Assembly (NCBI GenBank): GCA_977017645.1
Contig: OZ360227.1
Span: forward strand, 95,046,001 to 95,110,000
Direction: 5' to 3'
DNA: 64,000 nucleotides
Origin: Torpedo marmorata
Lineage: Eukaryota
Positions 13,041 to 25,173 of this stretch are shown piece after piece; the first letter of the stretch is position 1; every line of letters starts with the position of its first letter. The notes under the pieces were generated by a model. The model made no database searches. It was not told the DNA's origin and saw only the letters and a list, made by a program, of their open reading frames with translations. The position numbers were made by a program, and so were the translations under genes.

Positions 13041-13150
13041 ATTCAAAGATTCCTTTATTTTCATGTACTAATACACAACATTCATCAACTTTTGCCTGCC
13101 GTAAAGGCACACAGAGGCACCACTAACATTGCCCTGCGCCCCCAACAGTA
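13041..13150 (-). mobile_element. Retroposon 3' tail fragment; related copies at about 13680-13800 and 15290-15400
   Basis: Shared motif TTTATT(G)TCA(T/C)GTA(A)TA...TTTTG(T/C)CTGC...TG(C/T)CCxGCGCCCC..ACAG in three places. Confidence 0.5.
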
Positions 13151-13934
13151 AGAGAAACAAGAGTCCCTTCAGAGACACCAAGTGTGTATGAATTCGCCTC
13201 CAGCGCTCCCACAGTCTCTACAACTGTATGGCCTCTTGTTCGATCCATTGGCAAACCCGAGCTCCCAGATCCGAACTCCAATGCAATCGGGTAGCTTTCA
13301 GCACCCGAGGCCCTTATGGGAGCCCTTCTTGGGCTCTGCACCCTCCAATCTCTGCCCTGATGATACCTGGTTTCCATGAGCCATTCTCTGGCAGCCTGTG
13401 TGGGTCCTTCAACTGCTGAGCCTCTCTCCCTGGTCCACTGCCATGCTCACCTTTCCTGCTGGGTGACCTTGAACTCTTTTACTCTAACTTTGTGGTTAAA
13501 TTTCATCTTTCCTTCACCATTCTGGTAATTCTTTGCACTTCCTTGAAGAACCTTGAGGAGCAGGTTTCCAAGAACAATGGTGAGGCTCAGCATGTGACTG
13601 CTGAAGGCAAGCCTGTGAATATCTCGTGAATATCTGTTACCTCTTTAAATTCCTAGCATCTAGAGGCTACTGCTCAAAGACAAGATTCAATTTATTGTCA
13701 TGTAATAAAAACAGTGTCATATTACACAAAATTGCTTTTGTCTGCTGTAAGGCAGACAGATTTGCCATCGGCAGAAATTGCCTGAAGTGCCTCTTACAGT
13801 CAGCAAAAGAGAATCCCCCCCCCCTGTCACCAAGTATCCATGGATTAGCCCCCAGCGCTCCCGCAGCCACACCGAGTCCAATCCAAACCATCGGCAACCC
13901 GAGCTCCAGATCTGAACCTCTCATCTTCACTCTT

Positions 13935-14426
13935 TTTAAAAAATATATTATTTAAAATTTTTAAATCACACAGTACATAGTTTGAAATGCAAATTTATCA
14001 GATTACATGTGATACATTTTCACCTCCCCTCCCGAGAAGAAAGAAGAAGGAGAAGAAAAAGATAAAGTAAGGAGAATGTCAATCTAAAAAAGAACAACTA
14101 TAAACTAATTTTATTGTGGAACAGTGGTTCGCCAATCAGATCCGATATCCGGAGATCTTCAAATCCTTAAACCAACAGTTTTTATATATGGGCTCCATAC
14201 TTTCAAAAAGAAATGATATTTATCACGTAAATTATATGTAATTTTTTCGAGTGGTATACATGAACGCAATTCTGCGTGCCATCTTTCCAACCCTAAATCT
14301 ACATCTGACTTCCATGTAATGGCAATACATTTCTTAGAAACGGCTAAAGCAATACGTAAAAATTCTCTCTGATACATATTTAATTTCTTTTTAACACTGG
14401 TTCCTTCAATATCTCCAAACAAAAAT
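13935..14426 (-). mobile_element. 5'-truncated L1 (ORF2 C-terminus, 3'UTR and A-rich tail)
   Basis: ORF 14159..14434 (KKCIAITWKS...IPLEKITYNLR) is the same family as 24108..25094 and 59105..59434. TSD ATCTTCACTCTT at 13923-13934 and 14427-14438. Confidence 0.9.
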
Positions 14427-15399
14427 ATCTTCACTCTTGTAGCTTCACACTGAGGTCACCTTCTTTTGTGTGGCACTGCAATTATCTTGTGAAGAATAGA
14501 CAAAATAGACCTGTCAGCTGAACGTTTGGCATTCCTGTGGCTTATTGGAAGTGATGCAAATGTACACTGCCACAATCCTAGTGGCCTGGCAAATTGTTCA
14601 CTCACTTTTTGGACAGTTCCTGAGAATTGAGAATACTGGGTTCTAACATGACAGGTGGGGCAATGGTTTATTAATGGAAAAATGCAGGTATTTGAGTTGG
14701 TGTGCTTCTCCACCTGTGTAAACTGGTCATTTGTGTGTTGCAGTGCTTTGAGATGTGTACTGTAAGTATTCCAGGGTTTACAAGGAAAATAAACAATGAC
14801 TACAAAGCTAATAGACTGTTGTAAAATCTCAACTTGTTCACGGCAGACTTTCGGGGTAGAAGACCTGCCTCACCTGGCCTAAGCTTCAGATGATTCCAAA
14901 TCCATTAATAATTAACCACCCCTCATGACTTGGCATATTTCTCAGTCCACCATTGCAATCAAGCCAAATGATCAAATCAGTTCAATGAAAAGTGCAAAAG
15001 GTCATGCCAGGAGCAGCATCACCTCTATCCAAGAGTGGGGTGCCAACCTGGTGAAACTTCAATGTTAGACAATATGTGTGCTAAACAGCTGTGATTCACA
15101 TAATCAACAGATCAGATCAAACTCGGCTGCCTGCTATATCTTATTGTGAGTGGTGGTGAACAATTGTACTGTTAACAAAAAGGTAGGTGGGTGGGGGGGG
15201 GGTGGGGGAGCTCTAAGAACAGACCATCTCAGCAAAAGCGTGGCCCAGTGCTTGAGTGCTAAAGATGAGACTGAGCATTCACAATTATGTAAAGGTTCCA
15301 TTATTGTCACGTAATACTACATTTTAGAATGTAACATACATGAAATTCTTTAATTTTTGTCTGCCTTAGTGTCGCTACTTTGTCCAGCGCCCCTCACAG

Positions 15400-15496
15400 A
15401 AACCTACAGCACCTGGTGTTCCGAGGCGGTCCAAGTACTGACCAGTCCTGTGCCTGCTTAGCTTCTGAGATCAGACAATCCCAGTTGTATTCAGGC
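15400..15496 (-). pseudogene. 5S rRNA pseudogene / 5S-derived SINE head
   Basis: The reverse complement matches vertebrate 5S (CTGAA...GTCTGATCTCAGAAGCTAAGCAGG...CTGGTCAGTACTTGG[del]ACCGCCT.GGAA.ACC.GGTGCTGTAGGTT), with a 7-nt deletion in box C. Confidence 0.9.
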
Positions 15497-15499
15497 TAT

Positions 15500-16490
15500 T
15501 GGTGCTATATTCAGCCAGACATGATCTATCTTGCTTTGTTGCTGAGATGTCCAGCATTACAGAAGCCAGTCTTCAGCAAATTTGATTCATTGGATACCAC
15601 AATGGCTATGGGACCAGAAAGTATTCCTGTTGTTATACTGAAAATGTGGAAAATTGTGCCTGAATGTTCTCTTCACATAAAGCAGGACAAATCTAATCAG
15701 TCTGGTCTCAATTATCAGCAATCTAATATGAAGTGTCATTGATTGTGTTATCAAGTGGTACGACTTCACCTTTAAACTGTAGACTATAATAACTGAATTC
15801 CAGCGATGCTGCCACGAACATCAAGGTAGTTTTAACTAAATATAGATTTGAGAGGTCCTGTTTATTAGAGGTTAACCATCTCAGCTCCAGAAAAATCACT
15901 GCTCATTTCTGTGGAGCAGTATTGTCTGTTTAGCCATCTTCAGCTGCTTCAACAATGGCCTTTCTTCTATAAAGGTCAGAAGTGGGAATGTTTGCAGGTG
16001 ATTGTGCAATGTTAATTTTTATTCTCAAATTCTCAGCAAATAAATCAGTCCAGGCTTGCATGCAGCAATACCCAGACAATATTTAGGCATAGGCTAAACA
16101 TGAGCCTAGTACTTGCATGATAGTATATTAATTGACAGTTGTTCACAGCCTTTTTCTTTCCACTTACATACCACCTTAAAATAGGTGCTCTGTGGTTATT
16201 AAGGGATTACTTAAGGTGGTATGTGAGTGGGAGAAATAAAGGTTGAGAACCACTGTACTAGGCAATGGGTAACTCCAACAAAAATGTTTAATTATGTGCT
16301 CTTGATATTTAATGGCATTACAATTACATCCTGGGGATTGCCATTGACCAGAAACTCAATCTGACTAGTTTAAAAAAAAAGGCTACATTTAGGTCAGAGG
16401 CTGGTTATCTAATGCCTCTGATCCATATCCTGACATCTCAAATCCTTTCCACCACTGACAAGGCACATGTCAGGAGCATAATGAAGTACT
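15500..16490 (+). mobile_element. Highly decayed CR1/L2-group LINE RT remnant
   Basis: Degenerate motifs: AMGPxxIPxVILK (about 15600) and a FADD-like GMFAGDC (about 15985). Confidence 0.45.
16136..16255. mobile_element. hAT/Charlie-like palindromic MITE, single unit
   Basis: CAGT(G)GTT...AACCACTG termini and an internal palindrome, as in the units at 17719-18077. Confidence 0.75.
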
Positions 16491-16503
16491 TAAATTTAAA
16501 TTG

Positions 16504-17267
16504 CCGTATATTTCGGTGTATAAGTCGAGTTTTGAAACCCTCAAAAATCGCGACTTATACGCCAGATATACTTTTGAGACCTTAAAATCAGATCAAAAAC
16601 CAGTCCACGCCAATTCGGCGTATAGGTCGACCCATGAAAAACTGATTCGGCGTATAGGTCGACGCTGGAAACACCTCCCCACCGCCGGCGCCGCCTCTCC
16701 CCGACACCTCCCCACCGCTGAGCGCCACCATAAACCACCCAGACATTCTACAATTGTAGACCCCGAGCTCCCCGCTCCTGCCCGGGAGAACGAGCTCCCC
16801 GCTCCTGCCCGGGAGAACGACGTCGCTGCTCCTGCCCGGGAGAACGAGTCCCCGCACCTGCTCGGGAGCCAACACGTACCGTGGTTCCTGCACCGAGCAC
16901 ACTTGGGCAGCGAGGCGACTTCTTCAATGAGGACAGCACCGCACCCGATGTGGAGAATGGATTTGCCCGTCGCCGACTCTGACTGCAGCCGAAGCTGAAG
17001 ACTTGGACCCAGCTCCGTTTGGCATCTTCCCGGCCAGAAGCAAAGGTTTTTTTTACTTTTTTTTTAAAACTTACTTGCTTAATTTACAGCTTTGTAACTT
17101 GGCGATTGGGGTGTTGTAACAAATTTTGGGTTGTTGCTGGGAGGCCCGGACAGCCTGAAAATTGGGGGTCGACTTATACGCCGGATATACAATAAAAACC
17201 ATTAAAATGAGGCTGAAAAAGGGGGGTTGACTTATCTGCCGGTCAACTTATACGCCGAAATATACGG
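16504..17267. mobile_element. Non-autonomous Tc1/mariner-group (Tc2/pogo-like) DNA transposon
   Basis: TIRs CCGTATATTTCGG(T/C)GTATAAGT. The right flank is TA and the left is TG (mutated TA). Subterminal CGACTTATACGCC repeats and an internal 27-bp x3 repeat at about 16765-16850. Confidence 0.85.
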
Positions 17268-17629
17268 TAAATGTTTCATTTCATCTACAGTGGTCAATAT
17301 GAAGATTGTTATAGGAAACAAACCTAATTTGTTCAATATTGGATTAAAAATTATATTTGAAAATATCAAAATATTTGAACAATTTTTCATTCAAATTCAA
17401 GTAATCTTTGAAGAATTAAAATTTTACTTTTAAAATAAATTATTGGGTTAGGCATCATGTCTGTCGCAGCAGTTTTGTAATTCAGGATTTCCAAAATAGA
17501 CATGAGTTGCAGGTTAATTGTTTTTGCAAAGTTCATGGGCAGTTGGCTGTTCAAGGTTGTTTACAGAGAGAATTATATAGACCTATCTGTTAGGGATAAT
17601 TTTCTGTAGTTTGGTGCTCTCCCTCTCCA

Positions 17630-18840
17630 CCTCTGATTTCCCTGAATGATCACTGGATCTCACACCTCTGCTTTGCCTTCCTAAAGTCTACGATCAGCTT
17701 TTGGTGACAGAGTTAGAGCAGTGGTTTTCAAACTTTTTCTTTCCACTCACATACCACCTTAAGTAATCCCTGTGCCATAGTTGCTCAGTGATTACTTAAG
17801 GTGGTATGTGAGTGGAAAGAAAATGTTTGAAAACCACTGTTTTAATCATACCTAATTGATAAGTGCATGGTCTCATAACTCCAAAGGAAATGGGCCAATG
17901 ACAATTTTCCTCAATCAAAATATTTCAGTAACAATTGGGTCCAGAGCAGTGGTTCTCAACCTTTTTTCCCCACTCACATACCACCTTAAGTAATCCCTTA
18001 CTAATCACAGAGCACCTATGGCATAGGGATTACTTAAGGTGGTACGTGAGTGGAAAGAAAAAGTTTGAAAACCACTGAGTTAGAGGTTGTTGTTAGTACA
18101 CCATTTAGCCAAGTTTTCAATCTCCCTCCTGTATGTTGACTCATCGCCCCTTTTTATACAACCCACTACGGTGGTATCATCAGCAAATTTGCGTATGATG
18201 GTGTTGTCATACCGAGCCACACAGTCATGGGTGTAAAGCGAGTAGAGCAGGGGGCGAAGTACCCAACCCTGTGGCGCTCTGGTGCTGATGGAGATGGTGG
18301 AGGAGATGTTCTTGCCAATCCGCATTGATTAGGGTCTGGCAATGAGGAAATCCAGGATCCAATTGCACAGTGTGGTATTGAGGCCCAGGTCTTGGAGTTT
18401 GCTGATTAGTTTTGGGGGGATGATGGTGTTGAATGCCAAACTGGAGTCAATAAAGAGCATCCTGATGTATGCAACTTCACTGTCCAGGTGTTACAGGGTT
18501 TTGTGTGGAACCAGTGAGATGGCATCTGACGTAGTAGGCAAATTGGAGCGGATCCATGTTGCCAATCAGACAGGAACTGATGCGCTTCAACACTAACCTC
18601 TCAAAACACTTTATCACTGTGGATGTGAGTGCCACTGGTCGATAGTTATTTAGGCAGTTTACCACACTCTTTTTGGGCACCTAGTACAATTGAAGCCTGT
18701 TTGAAACAGGTGGGTACCATGCCCTGTCAGGGTGAGATGTTGAAGATATCCATGAATACATTGGCCAGTCATTCGGCACAGGTTTTCAGTATTCTGTCAG
18801 ATACTCTGTCTGGACCGGGTGCTTTCCTTGGATTCATTAG
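17630..18840 (-). mobile_element. Rex1/Babar-like LINE RT fragment, split by a hAT MITE
   Basis: [55 protein letters not shown]|...LIVDFRK. Confidence 0.85.
17719..18077. mobile_element. Composite hAT MITE made of two hairpin units
   Basis: Units at 17719-17839 and 17947-18077, each CAGTGGTT..AACCACTG. An 8-bp TSD AGTTAGAG flanks the pair (17711-17718, 18078-18085). Confidence 0.92.
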
Positions 18841-21693
18841 ATTTCCTTGGGTCCAAAAACTGCAGATCTTTTGAGGTTGGGGTCTTATCAGCAATAGCTT
18901 TACTTCCTGAGCCTCAGCCATTTATCTTTGAGTCCTGGCGTCTTTTACTTGTATACATTCTCTACTGATGACAGTTTAAACTCACCGTCACTTTGCTACA
19001 CTGTCACTAACTTGTTGAATTGTTTTGCCAGATGTGCAGGCTTGGATGCACAGAAATTTCCTCTGATTAAGCTTTGATGACTGACATCATTGTCTTCCAT
19101 TTCCCTGGGTAGCATTCCTTCAGTTGCCAAAGCCCAGAGTTTTAGAATCTCTTTCCTAAGTCTTTCCATCCCTTTTCCTCCTTTATTAAAAAAATACTGA
19201 AAACATTTAAGAACATAAGAAATAGAAGCAGGAATAGGCCAATCAGCCCTCAAACCTGCTGAGGTTTATCCTGTTCTATCTGAAGTAGGTAATCTGTTAT
19301 TCAGAAACTGAGCCCTTTTGTTCTAGGTACCTGGAATAGGGAAATAAGCTCTCAATGTCCACTCTATCAAGCCTTGTCATTTGCCATAATGTAGGTGACC
19401 ATGTCCTCATGACTTGCATGAATATTTTGCAGAATTAGTGCCTATTGTGCAACTTGGGACATTTTCTTATGCCACTATGCAGTGTCTTTACAGTGTTGTT
19501 GTTTTTTTTTGTTGAGGAACTATATGCCTTTGTGATGGGGAATATTGAACTATGGGGAACTAGCTAAGAAAAATAGCACTAACCTATTCAAAATTGTTAG
19601 GAAGCATTTTATTCCAAATAGGGCAAGAAAAGGATTAGGAGCCAAATTAATATTAAGAACGAAAGACAAGATACGGAAGATACTTTCCCAATAATTGGAA
19701 AGCAAGGAACATGACCAAAACATATGAAATAATGTACCTTCTTCAGTCTTACATCTATCACATTTTGACGAGAAATTAGAATAAAATTTAGCCAATTGAA
19801 CTTTGGAATAGTGAGCTCGATGTACTACTTTAAATTGCAATAATGAATGTCGGGCACATAGAGAAGATGAATTAACCAATTTCAAGATAGAATTCCATGT
19901 AGCATCAGAAAATTCTTGTTGAAAATCTTGCTCCCATCGTTTCTTAGTCTTGTCCAGGGAATTACCACTAGACATCAATAATAACTCATAGAGAACTGAT
20001 ATCAACTTTTTAGTATTTGGTTAAAGTTAACGAAGGAGAGGGTAATCAAAGGAGTGTATGTGGGGGACATTCTCTCAAGTGTATATATTTCAATGCAAGG
20101 AGCATTGTAAGAAAGGTTGATGAGCTTAGAGTATGGATTGATACATGGAAATATGATATTGTAGCCATCAGTGAAACTTGGTTGCAGGAGGGGCATGATT
20201 GGCAGCTAAATATTCCTGGATTCCGTTGTTTTAGGCGTGATAGAACAGGGGGGGATAAAAGGTGCAGGGGTAGCAGTGCTTGTTAGAGAAACCATTACAG
20301 CGGTGCTATGGCAGGATAGATTGGAGGGCTTGTCCAGTGAGGCTATTTGGGTGGAATTGAGGAACGGGAAAGGCATGAAAACACTAATGGGAGTGTATTA
20401 TAGACCACCGAATGGGCAGAGGGAATTAGAGGAGGAAATTTGTAAGGAGATAGAATATATGTGTAATAAGCATAAGTTGGTGATTATAGGTGATTTTAAC
20501 TTTCCACATATTGACTGGGACGCCCATACTGTAATAGGGCAGGATGGGTTGGAGTTTGTCGAATGTGTTCAGGAAAGTTTTCTAAATCAATACATAGAAG
20601 AACCGACGAGAGAGGGGGCAGTATTGGATCTCCTATTTGGGAACGAGATAGGTCAGGTGACAGGTTTGTGTTGGGGAACACTTTGGGTCCAGTGATCATA
20701 ATACCATTAGTTTTAGGTTGATAATGGAGAAGGATAGGGCTGGGCCTAAGGTTGAGATTATTGATTGGAATAAGGCAAATTTTGAGGAGATGAGGAAGGA
20801 TTTAGAGGGTGTGGATTGGGATAATTTATTGTTAGGAAAGGATGTCACAGATAAATGGAGGATATTCAAAGGGGAAATTTTGAGTACAGAGTTGGTTCGT
20901 CCCTGTGAGGATTAAAGGAAGAGTTAGAAAATATAGGGAGCCTTGGTTTTCAAAGGATATTGGGAATTTGGTTCGGAGGAAGAGGGATGTGTACAACAGG
21001 TATAGACAGCAGGGAATAGATGAGGTCCTTGAGGAATATAAGGAGTGTAAAAAAAAAAAAAATAAAAAAAAAAAAAAAAAAAAAAATAAAGAAATTAGGA
21101 AGGCTAAAAGGAGATATGAGGCTGCTTTGGCAGGCAAGGTAAAAATAAATCCAAAGGGTTTCTACAGGTACATTAAAAGCAAAAGACTAGTGAGGGGTAA
21201 AATTGGGCCCATTGAGGATCAGACGGGTAGGTTGTGTGAGAAGTCAGAGGAGATGGGGGAGATTTTAAATGAATTTTTTTCTTCAGTATTTACAAAGGAA
21301 AGGAATATTGAGCCAGGTGAAGTAAGGAAATCTGGCAGTGAGGTCATGGATAATATAAAGATTAATGAGGAGGTAGTATTGGCTATTTTAAAGAGTATAA
21401 AGGTGGATAAATCTCCAGGTCCTGACAGGATATTCCCGAGGACCCTGAGGGAGGTTAGTGTACAAATAGTGGGGGCTCTGACAGAAATATTTAAAATGTC
21501 ACTGGCCATGGGGGAGGTGCCGGAGGATTGAAGGGTAGCTCATGTTGTCCCGCTGTTTAAGAAGGGCTCCAAAAGTAAACCTGGAAATTATAGGCCTGTG
21601 AGTTTGACATCGGTGGTAGGTAAATTAATGGAGAGTGTTCTTAGAGATGGTGTATACAATTATTTGGAAAGACAAGCATTGATTAGGAGTAGT

Positions 21694-23300
21694 CAATAGA
21701 CAATAGACAATAGGAGCTGGAGTAGGCCCGTCGAGCCAGCACCGCCATTTTACAGATCATGGCTGATCACTACTATCAGTACCCCTTACCAGCCTTATCC
21801 CCATAACCCTTAACTCCTCTGCCCACTAGAGTCTTATCTAACTCTCTTTTGAACATAATCAGCGAATCTGCCTCTACCACCCTCTGTGGCAGAGCATTCC
21901 ACAGATTCACACTTCTCTGGGTAAAAAATTTTTTCCTCATCTCCGTCCTAAAGGGCCTTCCCTGTATTCTTAAACTATGCCCTCTCGTCCTCGTCTCTCC
22001 CATCATTGGGAACAAGTAATCTGACTTCACCCTGTCTATCCCCTTGATAATTTTGTATACCTCAATCATGTCCCCCCTCATCCTTCTAAACTCCATCGGA
22101 TATAAGTCCAGTTTTTCTAACCTTTCAGCATATGTCAACCCTGCCATCCCTGGAACTAACCTTGTAAATCTGCGCTGCACACCCTCTATAGCTAGTATGT
22201 CCTTCCTCAAATTTGGAGACCAGAACTGGACGCAATACTCCAGGTGGGGTCTCACCAGGGCCCTGTACAACTGCAGAAGGGCGTCTCTGCTCCTATACTC
22301 CAATCCCCTCTTTATGAAAGCCAACATGCCATTTGCCGCCTTCACAGCTTTCTGAACCTGCATGTTAGCATTCAGTGACCGGTGAACAAGTACACCCAGA
22401 TCCATTTGCACTTCCCCACTCCCTGGCTTGTCTCCATTTAAATAATACTCAGCTTTCCTATTACTGCCCCCAAAATGGATAACCTCACATTTGCTCACAT
22501 TAAACTTCATCTTCCATTCTTCAGCCCACTCCCCCAACCTGTCCAAGTCCCTCTGCATTTTCCTGACATCCTCTTCACACTTTACACCGCCACCCAGTTT
22601 AGTGTCATCTGCAAATTTGCTCATGTTATTAATAATCCCATCATCCAAATCATTTACATAAATGACAAACAACTGAGGACCCAACACCGATCCCTGCGGC
22701 ACTCCACTCGTCACATCCTGCCATCCTGAAAAAGACCCGCTTACCCCAACCCTTTGTTTCCTATTTCTTAACCAATTTCCTATCCATGTCAGCACCTTAC
22801 CTTCAATACCATGCTCCCTGATCTTGCCCACTAGTCTCCCGTGCGGGACCTTATCAAAGGCCTTCTGGAAGTCCAAATACACCACATCCACTGGCTCTCC
22901 CAAGTCCACCCTCTTTGTCACATCTTCGAAAAATTCCAGAAGGTTAGTCAAGCATGACTTACCCTTAAGGAATCCATGCTGACTAGCCCTTATACTATTA
23001 TTTCTGCCTAAGTGTTCTGCTATTACTCCTTTTATGATAGATTCCAATATCTTCCCCACCACTGACGTCAGGCTGACCGGTCTATAATTTCCCGTTTTCT
23101 CCCTCCCTCCCTTCTTAAAAAGCGGCACCACATCAGCCACTCTCCAATCCACAGGGACCTCCCCCGAATCTATGGAGCTTTGGAAAATGTCGACCAGTGC
23201 CTCCACAATTTCCAGAGCAACCTCTTTAAGCACCCTGGGATGCAGCCCATCAGGCCCTGGGGATTTATCAGCCCTCAGTCCCAACAATTTACTCACAAAT
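21694..23300 (-). mobile_element. Young 5'-truncated CR1 LINE with an uninterrupted 509-aa RT ORF (21776..23305)
   Basis: KSPGPDGLHP, NYRPVSLTS, YLDFQKAFD, VPQGSVLGP and FADDTK with no stops, plus a (CTATTGT)n 3' tail at about 21694-21713. Confidence 0.95.
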
Positions 23301-23801
23301 CTCATAGTTTTTCGATGAGGTTACTTAGAGGGTTGACAAGGGGAAGGCTGTGGATTTTTTCTATATGGACTTTAGTAAGGCATTTGACAAGGTTCAGCAT
23401 AAGAGGCTCATTCGGAAGGTTCAAGCATTAGGTATTAATGAGGAAGTAGTGAAATGGATTCAACAATGGTTGGATAGGAGATGCCAGAGAGTAGTGTTGG
23501 AAAATTGTTTGTCAAATTGGAGGCCGGTGACGAGTGGAGTGCCTCAGGGATCAGTACTGGGTCCGTTGTTGTTTGTCATATATATTAATGATCTAGATGA
23601 TAGGGTGGTAAATTGGATTAGTAAGTATGCAGATTATACGAAGATTGGTGGTGTTGTGGACAGTGAAGAGGGATATCAAAGCTTGCAGGGGGATATAGGA
23701 CAGTTAGAAGAGTGGGCGGAAACATGGCAGATGGAATTTAATACTGATAAATGTGAGGTGCTACATTTTGGTAGGATTAATCAGCAAAGGTCATACATGT
23801 T

Positions 23802-25173
23802 TTTTTTGTTGTTGTTTTTTTAAAATTTTATTTAAATTTTAAAATCACAAAATACATAGATCAAAAATAATATATCATTCCAAATACATGTGATATATTT
23901 CCTCCCTCCCTCCCACCCTCCCCTCCCCAACCCCCCCTACCACTACTCTAAAGAAAAAAAATAAAAATAAAAACAAAAAGAAAAAAAAAAGAATAAAAGG
24001 AAAAAAGTTGAATAATAAAGAATTAAAGTGAGGAGAAAACAAATTACAAACTAATTCTATTTATATATTGGAGGTTAATTTCGCCAGCGGAGCCGACTTC
24101 CAGAGAATTAATTCATACCCATAATTCTCACATATGGGCTCCAAATTTTCAAAAAGAAATGATATTTATTACGTAGATTATACGTAATCTTTTCTAATGG
24201 TATACATGAACATAATTCTGCATGCAATCTATCTAAATTCAAATCTAAATCTGATTTCCAAGTAATAGCAATACATTTTTTTGAAACCGCTAAAACAATT
24301 CGTAAAAATTCTATTTGATACATATTTAATCTATTTCTAATACTAAATTTTTTAATATCTCCAAATAAAAATAACATAGGATCCATTGGAAACATAATAT
24401 TAAAAATTCTATCTAAAATTTTTTTAACTTTAGACCAAAAATCCTTAATTTTAGGACATAACCATGTTGAATGAACAAAAGAATCAATTTCATCCTTGCA
24501 TCTAAAACACATATCTGATAATGCCGGATTGAATTTCTTTAATTTTTTAGGTGTTAAATATAGTTGATGAAAAAAATTATATTGCACTAATCTATACCTA
24601 ACATTAATAATTTTAGTCATACTCAATTTACATAAATCTTTCCAATGTTTTTCATCTATATTAATATTTAAATCTGATTCCCATTTTAATCTTGATTTAT
24701 GGAATCCTACTTTAGGCATTTTTATCTGAAGTAATTTATACATTTGTGATATAAATTTATTAACATTTCCATTAGTAATTAATAATTCTAATCCATCCTG
24801 TCTTGGAGCTATTAATTGATTCCCCAATTTCTCAACTAAAAATCCTTTAACCTGATAATAAGCTAAAATTGTATTATCTAATATTCCAAATTTTTCTTTC
24901 AATCTAGAAAATATAACAAATCTTCCAGCCTCAAAACAATCTTTAATCTTCTTAATTCCTTTTTGAAACCATATTTTTAAAAATTGATTATCAATAGAAA
25001 ATGGTAAAAATAAATTTTGATACAGTGGCATATTTGGAGATAATGACCCTTTTCGTCCTATCTCATTATCTAATTGTGTCCAAATTTCCAGCAAATGTTT
25101 AATAATCGGTGAATTTTTCTTTTTAACTAATAATAATTTAGAATTCCACTTATAAATAATATCTTCTTTATAT
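23802..25173 (-). mobile_element. 5'-truncated L1 inserted in the CR1
   Basis: 328-aa ORF2 C-terminus with CFRC...H..W.C zinc motif and a poly(A) tail. 16-bp TSD AAAGGTCATACATGTT at 23786-23801 and 25174-25189. Confidence 0.95.

Noticed and set aside
15400-15496. Functional 5S rRNA gene
   Set aside because: Box C deletion, many substitutions, a degenerate 5' end, and no tandem array.
16501-16998. 165-aa ORF with ELPAPAREN repeats
   Set aside because: It starts in the TIR of a non-autonomous transposon, has no transposase motifs, and its repeats come from a 27-bp minisatellite.
21776-23305. Intact RT as a domesticated gene or retron-like system
   Set aside because: It is an ordinary 5'-truncated CR1 ORF2 with its repeat tail. 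The ORF start comes from the junction with the host element.
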